From positions 15,748,001 through 15,812,000 of the forward strand of contig NC_135253.1 of NCBI RefSeq assembly GCF_964204865.1: a DNA stretch of 64,000 bases. Direction: 5' to 3'. The notes beneath the pieces were generated by a model that had not been told where the DNA came from, did not search any database, and saw only the letters and a list, made by a program, of their open reading frames with translations. The stretch comes from Styela clava (Eukaryota). The position numbers and the translations under genes were made by a program. This document shows, piece after piece, positions 40,485 to 53,742 of the stretch (the stretch's first letter is position 1; the number at the start of each line of letters is the position of its first letter).

Positions 40485-43013
40485 TTAAATGTAGATGGAC
40501 AGATTCGCTTTAATGCATTTTACACGGCACTTGAAGCAAAATGCTCGTACTTTCTCTCCTGAAAAAAATACAATTTTATGTAACGTCGACCACCTCATTT
40601 CAAAACAAGTTTGTGAAGTCAATAATACTGCTTGGAGCATATCTATATGGTTCTAATGTGTGATCATGTCTGATATTTTGTTCAACTTAGCGAGTCCTAA
40701 ATAGAACACTCACTCATACATTATACATTACATACATTATTTGAATACGTTGGAAATTATTTATAAATGATATATTAAGTTCTTGTATTTTAATTTCAAA
40801 ATTTTTTGAATTACAAAGGTATCGAAATGGCCGTGATCCAGACATAATTTTTTTTGTTCCAATGTCGTATGAATGCTCGCGTCTTCACATTCAAAAGCGG
40901 AAAAATTGATGTGACTGAGGCTACGTCACCTCCTCTGTAGTCTTGACGAGCTAATCTATGTGCTCACGTTTTCACGAGTCTGTGACGAACAATTGACTGC
41001 CAGGTGTGGGCTATATGGGTCGAGAATGGACAATGAACTCGCGCAAACTTGGAAATGTCAAGACAAGCTGTACTACTAGCAGCCATCTTTCAACTCACTG
41101 CAATTATTGGGCTAACAATTCGGATGATATTTGATTACTTTTATTTACCCTATTGTAGAATAGCGCCAACAATATCGGTGACCTCCATCGTTTCAGTGCA
41201 CATTTCAGTTTCAGGACTCTGGTCAAATTTCAAATATCTCAGTTTTGTTTGTTCAGAATAACTAAAAATTTCATTATTCTGAATAAATATTTTCACATTT
41301 TCTGGAGACACAGGACGGAAAGAAATGCAGTTTTGGACATTTATACCGCAAGATCTCATTGCAAGTCCCAGATAATCCGATCAATGCACGTTTGCATTGC
41401 TTACGTTGTTTTGACTACATCGTATACAGTGCTTTAATTTCTGATTGCCCTATGCTATATTTTACGAAATGGGAAACCATTTTATTACCACACATAAAAC
41501 GAGCTCGGGTAACGACAATAGACATTAAAGCTTTATATAAAAAATACCAATTATACTTGAATAGTTGTTGAGCATGTATCAGCTACTACAACAGTTCCCT
41601 CTGTTTCTATATATTTTCTATGGGGTAAAATTCATAAAAATCCAAATTTTACTTTAAGCCAATACAAATTTAGCTATTATTCATAAAAATATTTTAGCTA
41701 CTTTCGCTATACGTTATAGGAAGAACGATTTGTGACGTTGATCCATATTGAAATTGTGTTAATTTCAATGTCAAGTTTCTAGAATATTCACTGGATGTTT
41801 CACCGACTATTTTTCCTTTTTTTCGTAGATTTACTCAATTTTATTTACATATATTTTAAGTGAATGTATTTTTGTGTTGTGATTTTACAAGTGTAGTTAC
41901 TAGTTACTAATCTTACTTTTTATGCATTGCACAAACATTGTAATTTTATCAAGATTGGTTGTGTCAATTAAATTTCATGAACTTGCATTTAAACATACTT
42001 TTCTTATCTTCCTTCATTTTGAGAGATTCTTCTATGCAATCAAAAGCGTATTCTTCCTTATTTTCCTTTTTCTTTGCACAAAATTTGTAACATTTCTTTG
42101 GAACTTCAGCCGTTTTTGTATGAACCATCGTAACTTGAGTGTGAAGCGTTTGGTGCAGTATCTGTGAAAATAAGAAGAACGAAATTAAAACCAAATATAA
42201 TATATTTACACAATAGAGAGGAAGAATAAAATATAGAGAAAAAAGAAAGCATAAAGTAAACATACCACGTGGTCTAGAAGCATTTGTAACAGGTCGTCGT
42301 TTTCATCTACATAATCCTCGTCATCATGCATCGCAACAGCCACGCCTGATACTAAAAATAATCAAAGTTTCAAGGTAAGTTCGGATTGCGTTTTGGGGAT
42401 TGTAAAACTAGACTTCGATGGCTTTACCCCAGAAGAAAAATTTTAAAAAGCTGTTTTCTAGAAAATGTGGAACGCGTATGCTTTGAAATCTAAACTAAAA
42501 TTTTCATCAAAATATTTGATTAATATTGCTACAAACTATGATTAAACACCAGCTTAAAAAGCATCTATTTCTTTGTAATTTTTTCAAATAACGATGTTTT
42601 CGAATTCCAACATTGGCCCTTTTGTCTCGAAACCACTTCTCGTACCTTTTTAAATTGAATAACCCTTTTTGTTTCATTTGCAATTCAGAAGAAACAAAAG
42701 AAATTCTCATTATTCATAATATTTTCACAATATATGCTGTATAAGCATAAAGGCAAGCTGGCGATTGATCATTACTCACTTATTATACATCATCAACATA
42801 TTATCGCCTTGTCAAATGTCAAAATATTTCAGTTCAGTTGTGTGAAACAAAATAACAGAATTTGCTAAAAATCCCGAATTGAACAATCGAATGGGTTCCA
42901 GGTGTTTTCACGTAAATTATTATACTTTCGAAAAGTATTCCACACGAAAGATAAAACAAAATCGTACCTAGTAGAAATAACCATAGACCAAGACTCCATC
43001 TCAGTGAAAACAT
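40485..43013 (-). CDS. Small secreted His-rich/6-Cys protein B (122 aa; exons 43013-42968, 42351-42266, 42161-41999, 40558-40485)
   Basis: Spliced product MFSLRWSLGLWLFLLVSGVAVAMHDDEDYVDENDDLLQMLLDHVILHQTLHTQVTMVHTKTAEVPKKCYKFCAKKKENKEEYAFDCIEESLKMKEDKKREKVRAFCFKCRVKCIKANLSIYI*. Confidence 0.85.
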
Positions 43014-43370
43014 CTTTTTTGGGGTTCAACAAATAATTTTTCTAAACCCCTAGAAAACATAGAAATAGATAAGTTATTGACAACATCTAATGATCTCTTT
43101 TTTCTTTGGGATTTCAAGACCTTGCTCATTACTTACATCTAAAGATGCTTATTCTTTGTGCGTCATTTCATTTAGTCTTTAAAGATTTTATTTCGATACT
43201 AAAATTTGATAAGGATTTGTTAATTCATACTCTTAAATATCCAACTGAGATTAAATTGACTAAGAGGACGAATTTGGTCAGCTCGTAAGTTATACGCGGC
43301 TGATAGATAAAATAGCTGCATGCAAAATTTTCTTCTTTGCAATTCATTACAACTCAAGACCACATACCCC

Positions 43371-43676
43371 CTTATATACACGGAAACTCAATGAAGTCAA
43401 GCGATTCTACCTTCAGCTATAGTGCCTAAAATTTGATATCAGGATAATAGACCTACACGTTTCTTTAAGAATTAATTGCATAGTCAATCCGCTACGGACA
43501 TGACTCCAACGCGCTGTAGTATCAATTTTGCAGGTATACAATGGTTTATCTTCTCAGGGAGCAGACGGTTGGATCCGCTGTCACATGAATACAATAATCT
43601 TGATTCATGAGTAACTTCACAAACAAGCTTTTGTATTTCTTTAACAAAGGAAGGAAGAAACCGGCGAGGAAGTTGA
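43371..43676 (-). promoter_or_regulatory. Putative promoter/enhancer of secreted gene B
   Basis: TATATAAG followed by GGGG; shared blocks gattctacctt, cggacatgactcc, ttcatgagtaacttca and aggaagaaaccgNcgaggaagttga. Confidence 0.55.
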
Positions 43677-44873
43677 CGCGACAGTACACGTGCACTTTCA
43701 TCATTATCCTGATTAGAGTCATTAATCGAGCTGCAAATCATGCGTGCAAATATTACTTGACAACAACAATTATGGTTTTTTATTTATATACTTTTTTACC
43801 CATGAAAATAGTCAATAATCTGCCAAACGCTTCGGAAAACCGAAGAAACTATCAATTTATTTTATAAACTCAAGAAATGTGAATGATCCGTACCGGCTAC
43901 ATCAAAATCCTATATTTTGATTATGCACAAATTTGTGAAAAAATCGTGCACTGCTAACCATTTAGTTGAGCCTGACGCCTTAACCGCTGAGCCTAAGTAT
44001 AAGCGGTTATACGATTGGTTCAAAACTATATAGCTATAGCTTCAGTCTGAACAAAATCTTGTTGTCGACTTGATTCTTTAATTACGCCTATTACTTTTAC
44101 TTATGGGTATGGGCCATTCTTCGACCAAACTTTTATATATATAGAAAGAAATTCACTGAATTGAACTGACACGTTGCAGAACAGAACATTGCCCGTCAAG
44201 CTTATAGCACGATTACACTGTTTCAATCCTAATTAGACAACAACGCATAAAATAATATATACGTCTGATTCCGTTTTATTTGAGAAAACAAATAAAGGGA
44301 ATATTATTCATTTATTTACAAACAAATAGGTTACAATTACTTCAGTAGTAGGCTTAAAATACTCTAGACAGTTTTATTGCGTGACATAAATTTGTCGTAA
44401 AAATACTTTTTTGTTAAACGTAATCTACACAACAGCTTTTGTTAAAAAAAATACCCAAACTACCACAAGATTGGCTATTGAAAAAATATGGACCTAGAGA
44501 CAGATTAGAATTTGGTTTATACAAAGATGGCAACCAGTTTTCCACAGACTTTCCCGTGAATCATAAATTTTTGATAAGAAAACCATTTAATTTTGGAGAT
44601 ATACATGTCATTACCAGTTATACTTTTTCATCAAACCGAGTTATAAATTTGTTCGACCAGTGGACAAATTATATAAAAAATATTTTTTGGAGAGTTTTTA
44701 TTTAATACATACAAATACAACCAATTTACTTTAAATTTGTTTACCGCCAATTCTCATCATCATATTACACTTAGTTAATCTTGGCAAGAAAATTTATCTC
44801 TACTATAAAAATGTCGGGTAAAATATTGACTGTTGTGAAATGCAAAAAAACTTGACTGCGTGAAACTGATTGT

Positions 44874-47800
44874 TTACAATTCTTTTTGCGATTTGCGATC
44901 ATCATCATCGTCATCATCATCATCGTCATCGTCGTCATCATCATCGTTAGCTAGCTCATCCATGACGTAATCATCGTCATCGTCCTCTGTGTTAATTGTG
45001 CCGTCTAGTACATCATGAATCCAATGATCAAGTTCATGTTCTGTTGGAAGCTCTCCATTTGAAAAATTCATCCAGATACTGTCGGCCTAAATATGCAATT
45101 GATTACAATTGAAGTGAAATATCACAAATAAGAAAAAATTACCATGAAATGTAGTTGTTTTTTCAAATAAATGGGCTGCTCATTTTTTTTTGTTTTAATA
45201 TACTAGGTTATATACAAATAATGTTATTGGAATAGTAATATGAAAACGTATACAATGTCTCTAGCGTTGGTCAAACGAAATGCCACAAAAAAAACAAAAT
45301 GCCGGAGGGCGATGCAATACCACACAGCATTAGTCTTAATCTGCTACAGTCATATGAACTTTTGAAAATCCTCAACACAAAAACAGTGGGGAAAAAGAAC
45401 AGTAGTTAGTTGCGCGTTACAAAAACCGGACTACTTTTATATAGTGACCCCACGATGACGGAGTGGATCGCTAGTGCGAAAGAAACTTACATCAGTTGCA
45501 TTCACGACTCCAATACAGGGGTCTTTCAGGTCGACTCCAAATGTTCGTTCCCAGTATGCATGAAGCTGGAATTAAAGAAAAGGAAATGGAAAAAATATCT
45601 TATTTTTAGTTCAAAATTAATTGACAAATTATATTTTTATTTTTCCAATGCCTGTAGTTCAACTGCGTCAGATCGTGGTCAGAATACGTGCTAACCATTT
45701 ACCCTTCAATTGTAACAAATGAAATGTTGCTCTCGTTCAAATTAAAGCTTCATGATGATAACAAAAAATAAATACCAGTGGAAAATCGTCTGGGTCAATC
45801 CAAATCATGGTGAGATTGCTATCATCATCATGATGACAAGCGATTTCCTTCACAGTATTCAAAAACGCATATCCTTCTGGATCATGTTCATCAGCAAATA
45901 CGACAATGTGGGTATCATCTTCATCATCTTCCTAAAAAGTATCAATAGTATTACTTGAATCTTTGATGAAGTTTCATTATTATAAACGAAATGGCCACAT
46001 GAATTGTTTTGATGAATTGTTGATGTTGAGCGATCTTTTGGTGTCGAAGAAATCGATTTTCTCAAGGCTATCAGACAAATGGATTTTTAATTTCGTTACA
46101 CTAAGATGGAAGTAGTCGCCAGACTACATATATTTTTCAAATTTACTCCGTGTCCTATATGATCCGATATTTCGCGTATGATTTCGCTGTTTTGGTATAA
46201 TTCATGGGAACACTGTTTTCAATCCGTCAAGCATGACCGTTGCGTCACGAATGTTCTTTCTTCTCGTTTCGTGAACTAGGTGCTCTTCCTAAGTTGCGTA
46301 GTCTACCGGTACTGCGCTTTGTTATTGTACTTCCTTGCCCGTGCACGTGCACTTCCTTAAACAGTGCTTTCTTGTTTTGCACGGAAAAGAATATTGGAAT
46401 ACCATATAGCTTACCCATGTGTGATACATATCCATTGGTCTCAACTTCATTAATGTCCATCTTTTGTGACATTCCAAGAAGTCTTTTATCGTTTCTTCAT
46501 CGTGGGGAAGTTCGCCAGGGATGGTGCATCCTTTCTTCATATAAGGTTCGTGAAATTCAATCTGATTCAACTCGAATATGCCGAGATGCTTGGCCATCTA
46601 AATAAAATAGAACTTACATAAAATACAAGAATTTATGTAAAAAACAGGTAGTTGATGTGGTGTTAACAGTAGGAATTTTGTAAACCCGAACACGAACTTA
46701 TTTCTGAACGAAAACGGGTGTTTAATTTTTTAATAGAGACACAAATTGTTGGGATGATATGGGCATCAACCACAAGGCAAAAAAAACGTTATGTACTTTT
46801 GCTCTTCTCACAAAAAGGTCAGAGTGTTATCGATATTACACTATACACTTACATGTTTGTCGAATGTAGCGTAGAAGCTGGTCATTGGTTGATAATCAAG
46901 AGCCACATCAACGAAGTCTCTGTAAGCTAAAAATAAAGGTTCTTATATTTATCAATTCAATCAATGCTAAAACTTTTTACCTTGTTCAAAACTAGTTTTG
47001 TGTTCTGTTGCTGTTATGTTTATGTTGATCATAGTACGATGAAGACTGATAAAAGCAAAACGAAAAGGAAATAGGATGTTAAAAATGATATACCTTCGGT
47101 GTCGTTACTTTCAAACCATCCGATGACTTTAGGAAGAGTATTTCTTCTGAATCCTTCAATTTCGCATTGGCTGTTGATGTATTCAACTGGGTACTCATCC
47201 AACTATAAAGTAATTGTTCTCATATAATTTAACCCGAATTTTCAACAACTTTGAACGACCAAAATTGAATAAAGTATGTAACATGCTGTTTATTCAAAGG
47301 CTGTTTCCTAGTATTTTTTGAAACATAGCCTCAACTTACCTCTAGTAGGAATTCTACTAGGACATCAGCCGACCTTTGTCCATCAAACTCAATCATATGA
47401 TCCAATTTGAAAGCAAATATGGAACCTTCTTCAGTGAAATCTGTAAACAAAATATGCGTTTTCAATTGGCGAATATACGATTTAAAAATGATATATATTT
47501 GCAAAGATTCCATCACGCATGGTAGAAGAAGGATTGTATTCAACAGACCACGTTTGGCCGAGTAAACAATCAAACATGAATTCTTACCAGGGTCACGGGA
47601 ATCGCAAATCAGCAATTCCCAGAGGAATACCGGCATAAATGAATATTTATAGTTGTTGAACACTAAGCATGATGTGGCGTCAATATATTGGCGTGTTCAT
47701 TCATGCCTGATAAGGTCACGTGCACAGATGTAATTAATCTAATAGATGTCTGGGCTTTAATAATGAGAGATATTTTCATTTTTTTTTATTATTAAAAAAA

Positions 47801-49144
47801 ATTGATGGTTTGCATGATGTCTTCAGATTTGAGCAATAACACTAACCTATTTATAAATGAACTTAAGTTGTACTGGAGAACCAGTAAGGTATTACACCGT
47901 GGACAACTGATAAAACACGAGAAGTCACTCGGCTATATAAAATTTGGTACAGTATATGGTATGGGTAATTGTATTCTTACAATCGTGCATTTTGGTAGTA
48001 TGATACACATTTGAATCTAATGTGTATTCTGTATATTGGCCTTTGTGTGTATATATTATATTATTTTATAATTTTCGACAGTTTTTCAATCTGAAAATTG
48101 TAACGTATATATATATACAAGAAAATGTATTTGACTAACTGTATTTTTCTACCAGTTTTGTGTCATCAATCATATCTACAACACCAATAGCGATCGATTC
48201 TCTTTCAACTACTTGAGCAACGAGCTGTGAAAAGAAATATTAAAAGTTAGAGATCATGTAAGATCTAAGAAGATAGTTAAGAAAGAAGAAATGTTAGAAA
48301 AAAAAATATGAAGAAAAGGAGACAAAAAAATGATAATTAGAAGAAATAATTGACATATAACCTCCAGCATTTCTTCTATACGATCCCACTCTGCCATTTC
48401 AATAGGATCACTTGAATTGTCGAGTTGTGTCACGTATACCAATAATATGTCGTTGTTTTTCAAAAATCTGGAAATGTAAAACAATTGTTTTATCCCGATG
48501 AACTAATACGATTCTAAAGCAAATTTAGCCTAATACAATTATAAATATACTTTGTACTTTCCACTCATATACCATGCACATTGCACAATCTAAAATTTAA
48601 ACATAGATCTCTGAACTTACTTGTTGAAATTCTTCTTTTTTAGGTTGATGACTCTGTCTGTCCCATCATGTTCCGGGAAATCCAAACCCATTTCAGCTTT
48701 GCATGATGTTATGAAAAAAGCTGAAAAGTATGTACGAGTTGATAAAAATAGTATTTTAGAAGAATTGATGCTTTTTGCTTGGGCTAGAATGGTTAAGCTT
48801 ACGAGTTTCTTACTTTGTAAGTAATATATTTATAGCAATTTACTAAACAAAGGTTTGAACAACAAATATATTAATTGAAATCTACAATTATTATATACAT
48901 AAATATCGTATTTAATATAAAATATGTGTGCTGAAATTTATTGCAGATATATTAGGAACCATAACAAGATGAAGATCGTTTTTAAAACGTTTTAATCTGT
49001 CGGAACTTGTTTTTCTGTTTTAAGTACGTTATAAAAAGAAATTTTAGAAAGTAAATAGAACATACAAACTCAAGTACCAAATATAAACAAAGCTAGCTTA
49101 CCTGTTAATGACAGTAGCAAGAAAGCCACACAAAGATGCTTCAT
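44874..49144 (-). CDS. CASQ: Calsequestrin (~11 exons) with signal peptide and poly-Asp tail
   Basis: Signal [11 protein letters not shown]; [16 protein letters not shown]; [18 protein letters not shown]; FHEPYM; [17 protein letters not shown]; [10 protein letters not shown]; [10 protein letters not shown]; [17 protein letters not shown]. Confidence 0.95.
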
Positions 49145-52080
49145 TTTGTTTACCTAACTATGTTACCCTAAAGACAAAAGCAAATAACTGAATGAAGACT
49201 ATTACTGAAAAACCGACCTTAAATCACAGTACCACACTCTCAAAATGTAACCATTTGTACAAACGATTTCGCACTCTATCTGCGCGAGTGAGAATTCATG
49301 TTCCAAACTGCGATAACGTTCCGAAGTGCGATACTCAAACTAAGGATGGATATTTTTTCCTTGCAGCCTGTCGTGCGTAAGTAATTTACGTGTCTGCTAA
49401 TTGAGAAATGTATTGGTATGATGACGTCAATTTCTTGTTAATTTAATGAAACTAGACGGCATTCTCGCGCCACTAATGTCTTCTGAGTTTAGCCGCCGAC
49501 GTTAGGTCGAGTGGTACGAAAAACAGCTGTCACTATATTTATTCGCCTGTTCGCAGCCATCGTCTTATCAAGCTGGTTACGACACTAACATAAATTGCCA
49601 ATTCCAAATGAAGGAACATCACAGGATCAACATATGCTGCATAAAGTTTTATATACCATCCTTCGAGTTATACTTATTAAGTTATTTCTTCAGAATTTAA
49701 TGAATATATATATTTATTTAATTTGTGAAGATTTCACAATTATTCTATTGTTCATTTATTATTTATTGTACCTAGTTAAAATTATGATGAAAGGTTCGTA
49801 ATAGAATCTTCTTCTGTTATGAAGATTTGACTCGGTGTATCCATCTAAGTAAAACATTCATTGCTGTTAAATTTGAGTGGTATATTATACCAAATTTTAA
49901 ACTACAACATAGCACTAATAGATTTTATGCACAATGATATCATACCTTTTCGTATTATAACTGCTTTATATAAATAAAATATTATTTTGGTAGATTTTCT
50001 CAAATGGAAAAAATTTTCAAGCCAAAACACTTTTCAAAAACACATTGACAGTGGTAATTATAATTATTTAGAGTCGAGAATTAATAGAAAACGAGTTTTG
50101 AAAATTGATCGGCCATAAATCACAAAGCAACGGACAAAAAACGCTGGCAATGAAAAGTATGCGCAGATCGAAAAAACATGGAATATGGAGATCGTTGAAC
50201 CTTCTTGGTGGCGATAGAGGACCATGTATATTAAAAAAACTAACAACAAAAGTCAATCAATACTTTGGTTCAAAACCAATTTCCATTGGTAATACTTTAG
50301 TTCGTACGTAAATGATTTGTTTTGTCAAATTAATATATCACTAGCAATTTTGAGTTTTTTATCGGCCAATAGACTTTGACTATATTCTGATTGGTTGCAA
50401 AATACAGGTTGTAAGTTTTTAAAATCACAAAGCAATGATTCAAAATTTGAGTGAGGTAGTCTGAAAGCATATGGTTGAACTAACGCCATACTTTTTTCGA
50501 CTTAAATGTATAAATGATATCTTCTACAAAATTATGATCTCGACTACGAATAGTCCGTCGTCGCTCCTATATCACTCATTTAACTTGCTGGACGAGGCAA
50601 AATATTGTCTATTAATTCATAGTCCTCTTGCACTATGTTTTTAAATCATTTTATCTGAAAAAGATTGTGGTGCTCAAGCTATTAAATGCATTTCTCCCAA
50701 ATAGGCTCACTCGCTCTGTCCCTCTTTGCATAAAGCCAGGCACACAGTGGTTGATGCTAAACTTATATTGATTACCTTAATAAATGTGGTTCGAACCCTC
50801 GATATTTAGTCTGCGAAACAAAATTGTAACGCAAGTAAGTTTGGTAAGCGGTACAAAGTTATGCATCGCAAATATAAAACTGAACCCTGAAATAGAAATT
50901 TACGTTATGTAGTATCAGTATTATCTTGCATCGCGCTACGCATATATATACCTTTTACTACTTTGATCCCCAAAAATAAATTAGCGAAATTGTTTTCAGT
51001 ACATTTAGCTATAATGTACTAAATCTTTTGATTCTCATAACTTCTAGCTTCAGATAACCGAGAGACCTAATTTGGAGTTGCTTAATGATACAAACCATTA
51101 AATGGTATATCATTATACGAAAAATTGCAAATTTTCTTCAAAATTCCTTATAAATCTACGCTTGCACCTTATACTATAGTCAAATATCTCTCAAGTCCTG
51201 ATAACAAAGAAACTAAATTTCTTTTGAAGCAAGCAAACCATGAACATGTTTTATTTGGGGCAAACGGAAAATGATATTCAAATCAGCCACGATTCTTTGT
51301 CATGCTGCGTCACTAGGCATGTTCGACTATAAAGTGACGCATCTTTTAAAATTTCTGTCAAATTGCTTTGTAAACCATGCTTAACAAGACTTGGCCTGTA
51401 ACATAGTCAATTCCACACTGAAAAAAAAAACTAATTCTCCCAAACTTATGCTGTCTAATAATAAATATTGAGCGCAGCAGCACGGGACTTGTGGGTCGAA
51501 GAGTTTTGACTGAGTGGCCTAATTAGGTATACGACATAACATTCTAGAGATCCCAGATAAGTTGGTGTATTGGTAATTAAGACCATCTCTGGATTAAAGA
51601 TTCCTCACCCACTAAGTTACCGGACGGGAAAAAATGTCGCATAACTGTGTTTTGAGCCATAAAGATCTTGTAAATGTACCTTGTGTCTGCTACAATGTTT
51701 ATATATTACGTAGATGCAGTTAAATTTTGAGGCCATATATTAACATACGTGCATAACCTCTCTGTACAGAGATTTGTTTGTAAAGAGGGCAACCAGTCTT
51801 CATTTGAAGTCAGCATGGTTGCATTTGTATTTACGACCACAAAAATTATATTGAATTCCTGAATATATAAAATATTTGAAACCCTTAAGATGATAGTATT
51901 ACCTGATGCATGGGTCCTCGATTGTGTTGGATAACTGACAATCGTGCTGTTCATGATAGCCTAGTCTAGGGGGCTATGGCATTTCATGTCAGAGCCCAAG
52001 TGACAATACTGTGCTTGTCTTATTACCAGACCAAACTAACTGATGAAATGATATACGTCTCATTGAAACGCATTGGGTTT

Positions 52081-52314
52081 GGTACTTCCGTAGTATGTGA
52101 ACCAAGATGGCGGACACCGGAACGTAGTATGTGTACCAGGTTAGGGTTCGGCCATAATTTCAGGTACAAATACTACGGGAGTCACTTGGCTAGTCCCCGA
52201 ACTCGTAAAAGAACTAAAATAAGGAAAATTAGAAAAACATTATGGCCTAACCCTAACCTGTTACACATATTACGTTCCGATGCCCGCCATCTTGGTTCGC
52301 ATACTACAGGAGTA
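52081..52314. mobile_element. Copy of the ~230-bp MITE
   Basis: Matches 37150-37380; flanked by tgggttt on both sides. Confidence 0.85.
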
Positions 52315-53662
52315 TGGGTTTATTTTTATTGTTCCTTATTATCTCAATGTTGATTTTTTAACATAGTATTATGTCAATAAATGGAATTTTGTCTAAATGT
52401 CTCCCATTTACATGGCTAAGCCTTCTTTGTTTGGCGATGATGAATAAGCTTGTGGCCTGAAGTAAATTCACGTTCAGCTTTCGGATAAGGCGGTGTTCTG
52501 CTGTACAACAATTTTCAATCAATGTAACAAAAGCCCGAAAACAGTAAATTATTGGATTGCTATTGAACTACAAATAAGAATTTTCTTTTTATATTAAAGA
52601 GGGCTAGCAGCGTTGTCGAGTTTTATCGCAGCCGTTATCCGTTTTGGTATATAAGCATAACCCGACAGCGCCTAAAATATTTTAACTAATAATTGAGATT
52701 TGAATGTGTGGTTTAACCGTAAATATATACTACTAACTAACAACTTAACTCAATCAGAAAAAACGCATAAGAAAGTTCAAGAAATACGAATAAAAAACAC
52801 TTTTTTGCAATGGCAATCAATGTGTTCATTGTAACATTTACCGACTTTATTGGTCAGTGATTATGTGAGTTTCTAGATTTAGGATGTAATCAGTGTCAAA
52901 AATTGAAATGCGCATATATAATTCAGATGGATTATTCACTTTGGTTCATTTTTATGATAATTAATGATTATTTATTATTTTTAAAATTGATTTTAGCATA
53001 TAGGTGAGAAGAATACTTCAAATATCGTTTCGATCGACAACACGACGCCATCAATGTACTATAGTGATCTATAATCCAATAAACAATTTCTATGTATTCT
53101 GATTTGTGTTGCAAATTAGAAAGATGTTTTCAATTCTTGTATGTATACTAAGGCGTATGATTCTTAGTAATAATCAATGAATATTATGAAAATTCGTTCC
53201 TGAGGGAGGTATAGATTGATCAGTTTCAGTGCTAAATAAATAACATCTTCAGTCAATCGCAAACCTTTTTGTATTGTAAGATATGAGTTTTCGTTCGGAG
53301 ACTGAGCAAAGTACTGTTTGTTAACAGGCTCAGTAATGTCGTATCGTGTACATTGGTTAATATTCTAATTTCGTAAAATTGCCAAAACAATCATACGAAT
53401 TTAATTATAGTGTTTGTAATATGATGTTAAAAATTGTCTATAGAGTAAGTTTGAGTCTATCACAACGATGTGCGTGATATTTTACATTATATGTCTTCAC
53501 ATAGAAATTTCAGTATTTAACGATTGTGGAAAAATGCAGTAATTTAAACATTTATTTTGAGTTTTTGGCCAAACAACCTGATACTGATTATGTACAAATC
53601 TAACATTTTTGGCATGACCGTAGTCTTTTTATTTCTCCTAAGATCTAGTCTAGAATCTAGAT

Positions 53663-53742
53663 CAGGGTTACTCAACTTCCCAGGTAAAAGGGCCGCATTT
53701 TGACCACAAAAGATGCGACGGGCCGCAGGTTGAGAATCCCTG
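53663..53742. mobile_element. 80-bp hAT-Charlie-type MITE
   Basis: TIR cagggttactcaac / gttgagaatccctg; 8-bp palindromic TSD atctagat; gggccgca subterminal motifs. Confidence 0.9.

Noticed and set aside
34739-43013. Secreted pair as orthologues of HRC (histidine-rich calcium-binding protein), given adjacency to calsequestrin and an FCxxCxxxC motif
   Set aside because: Far too short, only six Cys and no long His/acidic repeats; the resemblance is limited to one short motif.
43484-43741. 85-aa ORF MICSSIND... with a similar region at 39130-39380
   Set aside because: The paralogous region has stops and frameshifts in that frame; conservation occurs in short motif blocks and is better explained as regulatory.
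45957-46330. Possible extra calsequestrin exons (ORFs 45859-46065 and 46245-46472)
   Set aside because: The flanking exons join directly (MYHTW/EDDEDD) as in canonical calsequestrin; these ORFs are off-frame or intronic.
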